Origin: Desulfovibrionaceae bacterium
GTDB lineage: Bacteria > Desulfobacterota > Desulfovibrionia > Desulfovibrionales > Desulfovibrionaceae
Reading direction: 5' to 3'
Assembly (NCBI GenBank): GCA_016932995.1
Contig: JAFGBU010000005.1
Location: 9,972 to 73,971 of the forward strand
DNA length: 64,000 bases
Below are positions 27,250-37,200 of this stretch, in pieces. The translations under genes were made by a program, and so were the position numbers. Each line of letters starts with the position of its first letter. Positions within the stretch are counted from its first letter, which is position 1. Below the pieces are notes generated by a model, which saw only the letters and a program-made list of their open reading frames with translations, was not told where the DNA came from and searched no databases.

Positions 27250-27930
27250 TCAGAAGCCCTGCTCAAGGGGCGGGTTGACCAGGCAGGGCGGGTCCTGGTC
27301 CAGGACCGCCCGGGCCGCGCCGGATGGGGCCAGGCGCACCTGGCGGCCGTCCAGGCCCAGCCTGCCTTGGGCCAGCCAGCCGACGGCCTGGGGGTAGATG
27401 CGGTGCTCGAGCCTGAGGATGCGCTCGCCGAGCTTCGCCCCGCCCTCGCCCGGGTAGGCCGGGACCGCGGCCTGGATGATGATCGGCCCGTGGTCCATCT
27501 GCTCGTCCACGAAGTGCACGGTGCAGCCCGAGAGCTTGACCCCGTAGCCCGCGGCGTCGGACTGGCCGTGGACCCCGGGAAAGCTCGGCAGCAGGGCCGG
27601 GTGGATGTTCAGGACCCGGTCGGGAAAGGCGTGCAGAAAATCCGGGGTGACCAGGCGCATGAACCCGGCCAGGCACACGGCCTGGGCCCCGGAGCTGCGG
27701 ATGATCTCGATCATTTCGCGGTCGAAGTCAAGGCGGTCCGGAAACTCCTCGCGGCGCACCACGGCCGTGGCCACGCCCCTTGCCCGGGCGCGCTCAAGCC
27801 CGAAGGCCTCGGGCCTGTCGGACAAGACCACCCGGACCTCGGCGTCCAGAACGCCCTGGCCGATCCGGTCCATGATCGACTGCAGGTTGGAGCCCCCGCC
27901 GGAGATGAGCACGGCTATGGGCAGGGTCAT
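27250..27930 (-). CDS. purN: Phosphoribosylglycinamide formyltransferase
   Basis: 226 aa. N-terminal IAVLISGGGSNLQ and the catalytic NIHPALLP...H motif. Confidence 0.9.
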   Translation of the reverse strand: MTLPIAVLISGGGSNLQSIMDRIGQGVLDAEVRVVLSDRPEAFGLERARARGVATAVVRREEFPDRLDFDREMIEIIRSSGAQAVCLAGFMRLVTPDFLHAFPDRVLNIHPALLPSFPGVHGQSDAAGYGVKLSGCTVHFVDEQMDHGPIIIQAAVPAYPGEGGAKLGERILRLEHRIYPQAVGWLAQGRLGLDGRQVRLAPSGAARAVLDQDPPCLVNPPLEQGF

Positions 27931-27946
27931 GTCCGCCTCCTTGTGT

Positions 27947-28948
27947 TCAGCCCGGCCTGCGGCCGGTCATGAGCGAGGTGCCCGGGCCCGTGGCCGTGCG
28001 GCTGACCTCCAGGAAGCCCGCCTCCTGGAGCCAGGACCTGATCTCGGACTCGGTGTAGGTGTCGCCGTGTTCGGTGTGCACGAGCATGTTCAGGGCGAAG
28101 ATCGCCCCCCGGCCCGGGCTGACCCGGTCCTCATCCATGACGAAGTCCTCGATGGCCACCCGGCCGCCCGGGTTCAGGGCCGCGTAGGCCTTGGCCAAAA
28201 GGGCCCGGTTCTCGTCCGCCGAGTTCATGTGCACGATGGCCGAGAGCAGGACCAGGTCGAAGCCCGAACCGAAATCAGCGCTGTGAAAATCCCCGGCGCG
28301 CACCTCGACGCGCTCCGAGAGCCCGGCCTCGGCCACGTAGGCCCGGGCCAGGCCGGCGACCTTGGGCAGGTCCAGGATCACGGCCCGAAGCCCGGGCTCG
28401 GCCAGGCAAAAGGCCATGGAAAAGATGCCCGATCCGCCGCCCACGTCCAGGACCCGCCCCACCCCGGACAGGCCGATCATGGCCGCCAGCCGGTCGGCCG
28501 CGCCCCGGGCCCGGTGGTGCATGGCCGCGATAAAGGCGTCGAGCCCGTCGTCCTCGTCGTGCCGCCGCCGGACCGAGTTCTCCGAGCTCCCGGCGCGCAG
28601 GGCCTCGGTCAGGCCGCTCCAGCCGTGGTACATGTTCGAGGTGTGCCCCAGCCCGGCCATGTAGTCCGGGGAGCCCTTGACCAGGCATCTGGCCGCGGCC
28701 TCGGTGTTTCTGAACAGCCCGGCCCGCTTTTCGAGCAGGCCGAGGACCGTGAGCGCGTTCAGGAGCCTGTCCGCGGCCCGGTTGTCCGCGCCCACCCGGC
28801 CGGCCACCTGGTCCGCCGAGAGCTCCGAGTCGCCGATGGCCGTGAACACGCCCAGGTCAAAGGCGCTGAGCAGCACCCGGCTGCGCTGGAACGCGCCGGC
28901 CATCTCCCGGATCTGGTCCGGGCCTTGGACCTTGGTCTCCTCGGACAT
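27947..28948 (-). CDS. Class I SAM-dependent O-methyltransferase (family 2, with N-terminal dimerisation/wHTH domain)
   Basis: 333 aa. SAM-binding VLDVGGGSG. The N-terminus resembles the plant/bacterial OMT dimerisation domain. Confidence 0.65.
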   Translation of the reverse strand: MSEETKVQGPDQIREMAGAFQRSRVLLSAFDLGVFTAIGDSELSADQVAGRVGADNRAADRLLNALTVLGLLEKRAGLFRNTEAAARCLVKGSPDYMAGLGHTSNMYHGWSGLTEALRAGSSENSVRRRHDEDDGLDAFIAAMHHRARGAADRLAAMIGLSGVGRVLDVGGGSGIFSMAFCLAEPGLRAVILDLPKVAGLARAYVAEAGLSERVEVRAGDFHSADFGSGFDLVLLSAIVHMNSADENRALLAKAYAALNPGGRVAIEDFVMDEDRVSPGRGAIFALNMLVHTEHGDTYTESEIRSWLQEAGFLEVSRTATGPGTSLMTGRRPG

Positions 28949-28981
28949 GGCTTCCCCCTTGATCTCCGGGCCGAGTCGGCC

Positions 28982-30490
28982 CTAGGCCGTGGCGTCCCGG
29001 ACCACGGCCTCGGCCAGGGCCGGGACCGTGTACTCCGCGGGCTGGATGTGGGCCTTGAAACCGAACCCGGCCAGGGTCTCGGCCGTGACCGGCCCGATGC
29101 AGGCGAAGCGCGCCTGGCCGAAGCGGCCCATGGTCTCCGGGGCGATGCGGGCGAAGAAGTTCTCCACCGTGCTCGAGCTGGTGAAGGTCACATAGACTAT
29201 CTCGCCGGACTCCAGGCCCTCCAGGACCTCGGCCGGGTCCGGCCCGGAGAGCACGGTCTCGTACACGGGCAGGACCGTGACCCGGGCCCCGGCCCGCTCC
29301 AGCTCCCGGGGCAGGACCTCGCGGGCCTTGAGCGCCCTGGGGATGAGCACCTTCTTGTTGGCCACGCCCTTGTCCAGCAGGCCCTGGACCACGTGCTCGG
29401 CCACGTACTTGTCGGGCACGAAGTCCGGGCGCAGGCCCCTGTCGATCAGGGCCTCGGCCGTGGCCGGGCCTATGGCCGCGATCTCCAGGCCGGCCAGGAT
29501 ACGGGCGTCGAGCCCGACCTCCCACAGGACCTCCCAGAAGCGCCTGACCCCGTTGACCGAGGTGAACACCAGCCAGTCGTACTCGGCCAGGCCGAGCACG
29601 GCCTGCTCCACGGGCCCGCTGTCCAGGTCCGCGACCGCGATGGTCGGAAACTCGTACACGCAGGCCCCCCTGGACCTGAACTCCTCGACCAGGCCGCTGG
29701 CCTGCTCCCTGGCCCGGGTGACCACCACGCCCTTGCCCAGAAGCGGCCTTTTCTCGAACCAGTCCAGGGAGCCCTTGAGCGCGCAGACCCCGCCCACGAT
29801 GATGATCGACGGGGCCTTGTAGCCCCTGGCCCGGGCCTCGGCGGCCACATCCCTTAACCTGGACACGAAGGACCGCTGGCGGCAGGTGGTGCCCCAGCGC
29901 ACCAGTGCGCAGGGCTCGTCCGGGGGCCTGCCCGCGGCCATGAGCCGGTCCGCGATCATGGCCAGGTTGGCCACGCCCATGTAGAAGACCAGGGTGCTCT
30001 TGCTCCTGGCGTAGGCCTCCCAGTCGTGGGCGCTCTCCTGCTTGGCCGGGTCCTCGTGCCCGGTGATGAAGGCCACGGACGGGGTGTGCGCCCGGTGGGT
30101 GACCGGGATCCCGGCGTAGGCCGCCGCGGCCACCCCGGCCGTGACCCCGGGCACGACCTCGTAGGACAGCCCGGCGGCCACGATCTCCTCGGCCTCCTCG
30201 CCGCCCCGGCCGAACACGAACGGGTCCCCGCCCTTGAGCCGGGCCACGGTCTTGCCCTGCCTGGCCCTGTCGATGACCAGGGCGTTGATCTCCTCCTGGG
30301 GCACGGTGTGTTGACCGCCCTTCTTGCCCACGTAGACGATCTCGGCCTCGTCCCTGGCGTAGGAGAGAAGGCACCTGTTGGCCAGGTAGTCGTAGACGAC
30401 CACGTCGGCGAGGCCCAGGATGTCCCTGGCCCGGATGGTCAGCAGGCCGGGGTCGCCGGGCCCCGCGCCGATGAGGTAGACGTCGGCCAT
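28982..30490 (-). CDS. cobA: Bifunctional uroporphyrinogen-III C-methyltransferase / uroporphyrinogen-III synthase
   Basis: 502 aa from ATG 30490 (MADVYLIGAGPGDPGLLT). The N-terminal SUMT half is followed by a HemD-like half. This fusion is known in Desulfovibrio. Confidence 0.85.
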   Translation of the reverse strand: MADVYLIGAGPGDPGLLTIRARDILGLADVVVYDYLANRCLLSYARDEAEIVYVGKKGGQHTVPQEEINALVIDRARQGKTVARLKGGDPFVFGRGGEEAEEIVAAGLSYEVVPGVTAGVAAAAYAGIPVTHRAHTPSVAFITGHEDPAKQESAHDWEAYARSKSTLVFYMGVANLAMIADRLMAAGRPPDEPCALVRWGTTCRQRSFVSRLRDVAAEARARGYKAPSIIIVGGVCALKGSLDWFEKRPLLGKGVVVTRAREQASGLVEEFRSRGACVYEFPTIAVADLDSGPVEQAVLGLAEYDWLVFTSVNGVRRFWEVLWEVGLDARILAGLEIAAIGPATAEALIDRGLRPDFVPDKYVAEHVVQGLLDKGVANKKVLIPRALKAREVLPRELERAGARVTVLPVYETVLSGPDPAEVLEGLESGEIVYVTFTSSSTVENFFARIAPETMGRFGQARFACIGPVTAETLAGFGFKAHIQPAEYTVPALAEAVVRDATA

Positions 30491-30539
30491 GTTCGTTCCC
30501 CCAAGGCCCGGGATCGGCCCGGACCGCTTGTCGCCCGGG

Positions 30540-33191
30540 TCACTCCCGGGCGCCGGACAGCCTGTCCTTGAGCGCGGCCAGCTTGGCGCCCTTCTCGTCC
30601 AGATCGGCCAGCCTCTGGCGCTCCTTTTCCACGACCTCGGCCGGGGCCTTGTGCACAAAGCCCTTGTTGGCCAGCTTGTTGCGGACCGCGGCCAGGTCCT
30701 TGGCCAGCTTGGCCAGCTCCCTGTCCAGCCGGGCCAATTCGGCCTCGAAATCAACCACCCCGGCCAGGGGCACGTAGACCTCGTTGCCCTGGACCACGGC
30801 CGTTCCCGAGGCCCTGGGGCCCTTGACCTCCGGGCCCACGGACACGTTCTCGATCCGGGCCAGGAAGCGGATCAGCTCCCTGTTCTCCTCAAGGACCCCT
30901 TGGTCTTGGAGGGACGCGGTCCGGACCAGCAGGTCGAGCTTCTTGGCCGGGTCTATGAGCAGCTCGGTGCGGATGTTGCGCGCGGCCGAGACCACGCCCT
31001 GGAAAAGCTCCATGGCCCGCACCGCCTCCGGGTCGCGCAACCGGTCGCGGCGCTCGGGATAGGGCCTGAGCGCGATGTCCTCCCCCGGGGTCCCGGGCAG
31101 ATGGCTCCATATCTCCTGGGTCACAAAGGGCATGATCGGGTGCAAAAGCACCAGGGTCTCGGAGAGCGCGGTCCACAGGACCTTGCGGGTCGCGGACCTG
31201 CGCCCTTCGTCCGGGCCGTAGAGCTCGGGCTTGGCCATCTCCAGGTACCAGTCGCAGAGCTCGCCCCAGACAAAGCGGTACAGGTCCTGGGCCATGTCGT
31301 TGAACCGGTACTCGCGCACCGCGTCCGCGGTCTGCTCCTTGACCTCCTCCAGCCGGTGCAGGATCCACCTGTCGGCCAGGGACTCGGCCCGCTCCAAGGG
31401 CGCGGAAGGGGCCTGGTCCAGGTTCATGAGCGCGAACCGGGCCGCGTTCCAGATCTTGTTCACGAAGTGGCGGTAGCCCTCGATGCGCTTCTCGCTCAGC
31501 TTGATGTCCCGGCCCATGGCCGCGAACGCGGTCAGGGTGAAGCGCAGGGAGTCCGTGCCGTAGCGCTCGATCATCTGCACCGGGTCGATGACGTTGCCCG
31601 TGGACTTGCTCATCTTCTTGCCGGACTCGTCCCGGACCAGGGCGTGGATGTACACCTGCCTGAAGGGCGGCCGGCCCATGAAGTGGATGCCCATCATCAT
31701 CATGCGCGCGACCCAGAAGAACAGGATGTCGAAGCCGGTGACCAGGACCGAGGTCGGGTAGTACCTGTCGAGCTCCGGGGTCCTGTCCGGCCAGCCCAGG
31801 GTGGAGAAGGGCCACAGGGCCGAGGAGAACCAGGTGTCCAGCACGTCCTCGTCCTGGACCAGGTTCCGGCCCCGGCACTTGGGGCACTCTGTCGGGTCCT
31901 GCTCGGCGACCACCAGCTCGCCGCAGTCCTCGCAGGTCCAGGCCGGGATGCGGTGGCCCCACCAGATCTGGCGCGAGATGCACCAGTCGCGGATGTTGTC
32001 CAGCCAGTCGTAGTAGGTCTTCTGCCAGTGGGCCGGAAATATCTCGGTCAGCTCCGGGACCGCGGCCCTGGCCTTCTCGGCCAGGGGCCGGACGGACACG
32101 AACCACTGGGTGGACACGTGCGGCTCGATCACGCTCTTGCAGCGGTAGCACTCGCCCACGCTGTGGTCGTAGTCCTCGACCTTGACCAGAAAGCCCTCGC
32201 TCTCCAGGTCCCGGACGATGCGCTCCCGGCAGTCGTCCTTGAACAGGCCCTGGTAGCGCTCCAGGGCGTTCTCGTTCATGTTGCCGTCCTCGTCCATGAC
32301 CTGCAGGACCTCCAGGCCGTGCTTGCGGCCCAGATCCCAGTCGTTCATGTCGTGGGCCGGGGTGACCTTGAGGCAGCCGGTGCCGAACTCCCGGTCCACG
32401 TAGGTGTCGCCGATGATGATCAGCTTGCGCCCGGCCAGGGGCAGGACGGCCTTCTTGCCGATGTGCTCGTTGTAGCGCGGATCGTCCGGATGCACGGCCA
32501 GGGCCGTGTCTCCGAGCATGGTCTCGGGCCTGGTGGTCGCGACCACCAGGTCCCCGGACCCGTCGGCCAGGGGGTAGCGGATGTGGTAGAGCTTGCCGTT
32601 CCTGGGCGAGTGGTCCACCTCGTCGTCGGCCAGGGCGGTGTGGCAGCGGTTGCACCAGTTGATGATGTACTTGCCCTTGTAGATCAGGCCCTCTTCGTAC
32701 AGGCGCACGAAGACCCCGCGCACGGCCCTGGACAGGCCCTGGTCCAGGGTGAAGCGCTCCCTGGTCCAGTCCACGCTCGCGCCCAGGCGGCGGATCTGGT
32801 TCAGGATGCGGCCGCCGTACTCCTCGCGCCACCTCCAGACGCGCTCCACGAACGCCTCCCGGCCCAGGTCCTGCCTGGTCCGGCCCTCGGTCTTGAGCCC
32901 GCGCTCGACCACGTTCTGGGTGGCGATCCCGGCGTGGTCCGTGCCCGGCACCCAGAGCACGTTCTTGCCCTGCTGGCGCGCGAAGCGGCACAGAATGTCC
33001 TGGAGGGTGATGTTCAGGGCGTGGCCCATGTGCAGGGCCCCGGTCACGTTGGGCGGCGGGATGACGATGGAGTAAGCCTCGCCCGGCGCGGCCGGGTCCG
33101 GGGTAAACGTCCCTTGCCTCTCCCAGTGCTCGCTCCACCTGGTCTCCACGTCCCAGGGCTCGTACCCCTTGGGCAGGGTCGGCTCCGCCAT
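30540..33191 (-). CDS. valS: Valine--tRNA ligase
   Basis: About 883 aa from ATG 33191. HIGH-type motif (PPNVTGALHMGHA), KMSKS, and a C-terminal coiled coil. Confidence 0.95.
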   Translation of the reverse strand: MAEPTLPKGYEPWDVETRWSEHWERQGTFTPDPAAPGEAYSIVIPPPNVTGALHMGHALNITLQDILCRFARQQGKNVLWVPGTDHAGIATQNVVERGLKTEGRTRQDLGREAFVERVWRWREEYGGRILNQIRRLGASVDWTRERFTLDQGLSRAVRGVFVRLYEEGLIYKGKYIINWCNRCHTALADDEVDHSPRNGKLYHIRYPLADGSGDLVVATTRPETMLGDTALAVHPDDPRYNEHIGKKAVLPLAGRKLIIIGDTYVDREFGTGCLKVTPAHDMNDWDLGRKHGLEVLQVMDEDGNMNENALERYQGLFKDDCRERIVRDLESEGFLVKVEDYDHSVGECYRCKSVIEPHVSTQWFVSVRPLAEKARAAVPELTEIFPAHWQKTYYDWLDNIRDWCISRQIWWGHRIPAWTCEDCGELVVAEQDPTECPKCRGRNLVQDEDVLDTWFSSALWPFSTLGWPDRTPELDRYYPTSVLVTGFDILFFWVARMMMMGIHFMGRPPFRQVYIHALVRDESGKKMSKSTGNVIDPVQMIERYGTDSLRFTLTAFAAMGRDIKLSEKRIEGYRHFVNKIWNAARFALMNLDQAPSAPLERAESLADRWILHRLEEVKEQTADAVREYRFNDMAQDLYRFVWGELCDWYLEMAKPELYGPDEGRRSATRKVLWTALSETLVLLHPIMPFVTQEIWSHLPGTPGEDIALRPYPERRDRLRDPEAVRAMELFQGVVSAARNIRTELLIDPAKKLDLLVRTASLQDQGVLEENRELIRFLARIENVSVGPEVKGPRASGTAVVQGNEVYVPLAGVVDFEAELARLDRELAKLAKDLAAVRNKLANKGFVHKAPAEVVEKERQRLADLDEKGAKLAALKDRLSGARE

Positions 33192-33332
33192 CTGTCTCTC
33201 CTTAGATCTGCCGGCCGCCTCCGGCCGACGCTGTTTCATCCGCCCAAGGACCAGGCCCGGGCGCGGCCTTTGACTTGCCAGCCGCGGCCGGCCGGGGTTA
33301 ACGTGCGGCCCAGGATAAGAGGTGAGCCGGAC

Positions 33333-34580
33333 GTGTCAAGCATTTGGGTCCTTTGGGACGATTCGCACCTCTGGGGGCTGTTGATCCTCAGGGCCCTGAG
33401 GTCCTGGGACAGGCCCCACCGGCTGGTGCGCGCAAATGAGATAGCCCAGGGCGTGTCCGCTGGCAACCCCGGCGGCCCAAGCCTGCTCCTGGTCCCGGGC
33501 GGCCAGGCCAGCGCCAAGGCCCACCTGCTCGGGGCCAAGGGCCGCAAGGCCGTGCAGGACTTCGTCGCCTCCGGCGGGGCCTATCTGGGCCTGTGCGGGG
33601 GGGCGGGCCTGGCCCTGTCCGGGGGCCGGGGCCTGGACCTCTGCCCCTGGGGTCGGGCCAAGTTCGCGGACCGGCTCGGCCACTTCCTGAGCGGCCACAT
33701 CCACGTGGACCTGGCCCAGGGCCACCCCCTGGTGCCCGCGGCCCTGGGGTCCTCGGCCCTGGTCCCTGTCTGGTGGCCGGGCCAGTTCGCAAGCGACAAC
33801 GGCCCGGTGGAGGTGCTCGCTAAATACCGCAGGCCCGGCCCGGACTTCTGGGTCGCGGACCTGATCCTCAAGAGGCTCTCCGAGGACCTGCTGCGCGAAT
33901 GGGAGAGCGTCTACGGGGTGCACATCAAGCCCGACTTCCTCCTGGGCCGGCCCTGCGTAATCAGCGGCGCGCACGGCCAGGGGACCTACGTGCTCAGCTA
34001 CTCGCACCTGGAGACCCCGGCCTCGCCCCAGGCCAACGCCTGGCTGGCGCACATCCTGGGCGCGCTGACCGGCTCGGACAGCGCCCGGCCGCCGGTCCCG
34101 GCCTGGGACCTGTCCACCAGCCCCATCCAGTGGACCGACCCGGCCCTGAACGCGGCCAGGGGCGCCCTGGAGGAGGCCATCGACACCGGCCAGGAGCACC
34201 TCCTGCTGTTCTGGCGCAACCCCTGGCTCCTGGGCTGGCGGCGGGGCATCCCGGGCGCGGCCATAAACAGCCTCTACGCCCTGGTCTGCGAGTCCCAGGC
34301 CCTTGGGGACGAGGAGTCCGCGGGCCGCTTCTGGAGGCAGCGCGCGGCCGAGTTCTCCGAGCTCATGGGCCGGTTCTGCGAGGGCCTGACCCACTACCTG
34401 CTGGCCGAGAGGCTGTCCATGACCGTGTTCCGCACCAAGCCGGCCTCCTCGGACTTCTCCAAGAGCCTCAAAAAACAGCGCGACGACCTGTTCGGGCCCC
34501 CGCCCGGGTCCGGCGGGGCGCACGGCCGCATCCTGGGCATCCTGGAGGAATTGTTCCGGCTCCTGTACCCGGCCCGCTAG
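33333..34580 (+). CDS. Hypothetical protein with a BPL_N / class-I glutamine-amidotransferase-like N-terminal domain
   Basis: 415 aa from GTG 33333, preceded by an AAGAGGTGA SD. LLLVPGG...GGAYLGLCGGAG resembles the BPL_N fold nucleophile elbow. I do not recognise the C-terminal ~250 aa. Confidence 0.45.
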   Translation: MSSIWVLWDDSHLWGLLILRALRSWDRPHRLVRANEIAQGVSAGNPGGPSLLLVPGGQASAKAHLLGAKGRKAVQDFVASGGAYLGLCGGAGLALSGGRGLDLCPWGRAKFADRLGHFLSGHIHVDLAQGHPLVPAALGSSALVPVWWPGQFASDNGPVEVLAKYRRPGPDFWVADLILKRLSEDLLREWESVYGVHIKPDFLLGRPCVISGAHGQGTYVLSYSHLETPASPQANAWLAHILGALTGSDSARPPVPAWDLSTSPIQWTDPALNAARGALEEAIDTGQEHLLLFWRNPWLLGWRRGIPGAAINSLYALVCESQALGDEESAGRFWRQRAAEFSELMGRFCEGLTHYLLAERLSMTVFRTKPASSDFSKSLKKQRDDLFGPPPGSGGAHGRILGILEELFRLLYPAR

Positions 34581-34740
34581 ACGCCCTCAGGGCCCGGGCC
34601 ACGGGGCGGCCGAAAAAGACAACGCTTGCCTAGCGGGCCGCGACGTAATAAAAAGACTACACTCGCCGCACGCCCGGCGCGCCGGCTGTGGAGATTGTCC
34701 CCAAAACCGCGCGCAGGGAAAGGCTGGGCCCTGCCCGAAC

Positions 34741-36685
34741 ATGAAAGACCAAGACGCCCCCTCCGGGAACGCGCCCGGACCCCAAGACCGGGACCAACAG
34801 GCCCCTGCGGCCGGCCTGCGCTTCGCCATTAGCGCGGACGGCTTGCACCTGTGGATCGCCGAACGGTCGAAGGACTTCGATCCCCGGGACACGCCCGACC
34901 TGGAAGGCCTGTGTCGCCTACTCCGCCAGGCCGGGGCGGTCCTTGAGCCGGACCCCGAGGCCGCCAAGCGGGCCCTGGACCTCTTGGCCAAGGGCGGGGA
35001 CCCGTCAAACATGGTCCTGGTCCAGGGACAGCCGCCGCGCGAGGCCTCGGACGCCAAGCTGGAAGAGATCGGGGACCTGGCCTTCCCGGTCTTTCCGGGC
35101 GACGCGGTGATCAAAAAGATTCCCGCCCGCCAGGCCGAAAGGGGCCAGACCGTGGACGGCCGGGTGCTCGAGCCCCAAAACCCTGAGCCGCCCCGGGACC
35201 TGGACCTCGCGGCCGGGGCGAACTGCACCCTGGACAGGGCCTCGGACACCGTGGTCTCCAAGGTCCTGGGCCTGGCCAGGGTCGAGGACGGCGTGGTCCA
35301 CATCGAGCCGCTGATCAGAATTTCCGAGACCAAGACCGCGGTGACCTGCGACATATATCACCAGGACAGCCAGGCCAGGCCCATGACCGCGGACAGGCTG
35401 GCCCGCGAGATCATGGGCCTGGGCGTTGCCCTGAAGCTGCGCCGCCAGGCCGTGGAAGCGGCCCTGGCCGAGGCCGGACAGGACAATCGGCCCCGGACCA
35501 ATGTCCTGGCGGTCAAGGGCAAGGACCCGGTCCACGGCGAGGACGGGCGCCTGGAATACCTGATCCAGGGCCAGAGCGCCGTGGGCGCGGTCAAGCAGGA
35601 CGGGAGCATAGACTACCGCGAACCGGGGCGTGCACCCCTCGGCCAAGGCCGGGGAGCTCATCGTAAGGATAATTCCGCCGACCCTGGGCGAGGCCGGGGT
35701 GGACGTGTTCGGCAAGACCATCCCGCCCCACGCGGGCCGGGCCGTGACCCTGAAGGCCGGCGAGAACGTCGAGGAGCTGGAGGCCGGAGCCCTTTTCCGG
35801 GCCACGGACTCCGGCCTGGTGCTCATCGAGAAGGGCCTGGTGTCCGTGACCCAATGCCTGACCATCAAGGGCGACGTGGGCCTGTCCACGGGCAACGTGC
35901 GCACGGACACCGGCTCCATAAGGGTCATGGGCAGCGTCCAGACCGGGTCCAGCGTGGACTCGTCCAAGCACCTGGTGGTCGGGGAGGTCGTGGAGAGCGC
36001 GGACGTCACGGCCGGAGGCGACATCGAGGTCGCGGGCGGAATCATGATGCCCGACGGCGGCCTGATCAAGGCCGAGGGCACGGTCAGGGCCCAGTTCGCG
36101 GTCAACGCCAACATCGAGGCCGGGGGCGACGTGATCTTCGCCCACGAGGCCAACCACTGCCTGATCCGGGCCAAGGGCCGGATCGTGGCGCTCAAGGGCC
36201 GGGGCATTGTCCAGGGCGGCTGTCTGGTCTGCGGCAAGGGCATGGAGGTCAACGAGCTGGGCTCCGAGCTCGGCGTGACCACCACCGTGGTCGTTGAGTC
36301 CGGCGGCGGGATCGACGACAGCCTGGAGCGGGAGAAGCTCAACGCCAGGCGGGTGGTGGACAGGATCGACCAGGTGCTGGGCAAGGCCCCGGCCACAACC
36401 ATCCTCGAGCACACCCCCGCGGCCAGGCGCAAGGAAGTGGCCAAGGCCCTGCTCCTGCGCTCCCGGGCCGTGACCAGGATCAAGGCCCTGGACAAGCTCA
36501 TCCTCGAGGGGATCAAAAAGGCGAGCGGGGAGGTCTCACGCGTGCGCATCAAGGTCCTGCGCCGGCTTCACCCCGGAGTGGTCGTCAAGTTCGCCGGAAA
36601 GACGCTGGCCGTGGAGGCCGGACGCGAAAGATGCCAGATCCGCTGGGACGAAACCCAGGACCGCCCGATCATCGACGATCTCTGA
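34741..36685 (+). pseudogene. FapA/DUF342-family protein interrupted by a 1-nt frame change
   Basis: Frame 1 (from 34741) reads as a protein up to ...GSIDYREPG, then becomes Arg/Gly shadow sequence. Frame 2 (open from 35612; GTG 35630) continues the DUF342 beta-helix and ends at 36685. The junction is the GGGG run at 35625-35628. Confidence 0.6.
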
Positions 36686-36777
36686 GTAGTGGTCCGGACG
36701 GCCGTGGGCATGCCGACGCATGCGCAACAGCCTTTGGCCTGACGCACGAAAGTTTGCGCAGAAAACCAGGCCCCCTT

Positions 36778-36801
36778 AAAAATCCGGGCCGAAAACGGCC
36801 C
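36778..36801 (-). terminator. Rho-independent terminator after the RRM-protein gene
   Basis: On the minus strand, GGGCCG-tttt-CGGCCC followed by GGATTTTTAA. Confidence 0.5.
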
Positions 36802-36812
36802 CCGGACCCGGT

Positions 36813-37064
36813 TCAGCGCGGCGTGCGCTGCCGCGCCTCGGCCACGCGCAGGGTGCGGCCCCCGAAGTCCTTGCCGTCAAGGGCCTCGATGGCGGCGTCG
36901 GCCCCGGAGGGCTCCATCTCTATGAACCCGAAGCCCCTGAACCGGCCGGTCTCGCGGTCCATGACAAAGGTCACCTTGCTCACCTCGCCGTAAGCGGAAA
37001 AAAGCTCCCGGACTTCATCTTCAGAGGCGCCGAAGGGCAGGTTGCCCACAAAGATCGATTTCAT
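36813..37064 (-). CDS. RNA-binding protein (single RRM)
   Basis: 83 aa. RNP2 IFVGNL and RNP1 RGFGFIEM. Confidence 0.85.
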   Translation of the reverse strand: MKSIFVGNLPFGASEDEVRELFSAYGEVSKVTFVMDRETGRFRGFGFIEMEPSGADAAIEALDGKDFGGRTLRVAEARQRTPR

Positions 37065-37200
37065 GTCTGCTCACCTGGTATGAACGCCCTGGACCGATAT
37101 CCGAACAGGCGTTGGTTGCTGCATGTCCTTAAAAGGGGCAGTATATCAAGCCCGGAAAAACAGCAAGGCCCGATATCGCGGCCCCGGAACCGGGGACGAG

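Noticed and set aside
30491-30754. Upstream extension of the cobA/hemD ORF (track ORF 28982-30754).
   Set aside because: It overlaps the valS 3' end and reads as shadow sequence. The canonical MADVYLIGAGPGDPGLLT N-terminus starts at ATG 30490.
36686-36812. Possible third full copy of the CTAG-bounded element between FapA and the RRM gene.
   Set aside because: It shares only a TAGTG-like left end and a GCGCAACA/TTGCGCA core, with no matching right terminus or AT hairpin. I kept it only as a low-interest motif observation.
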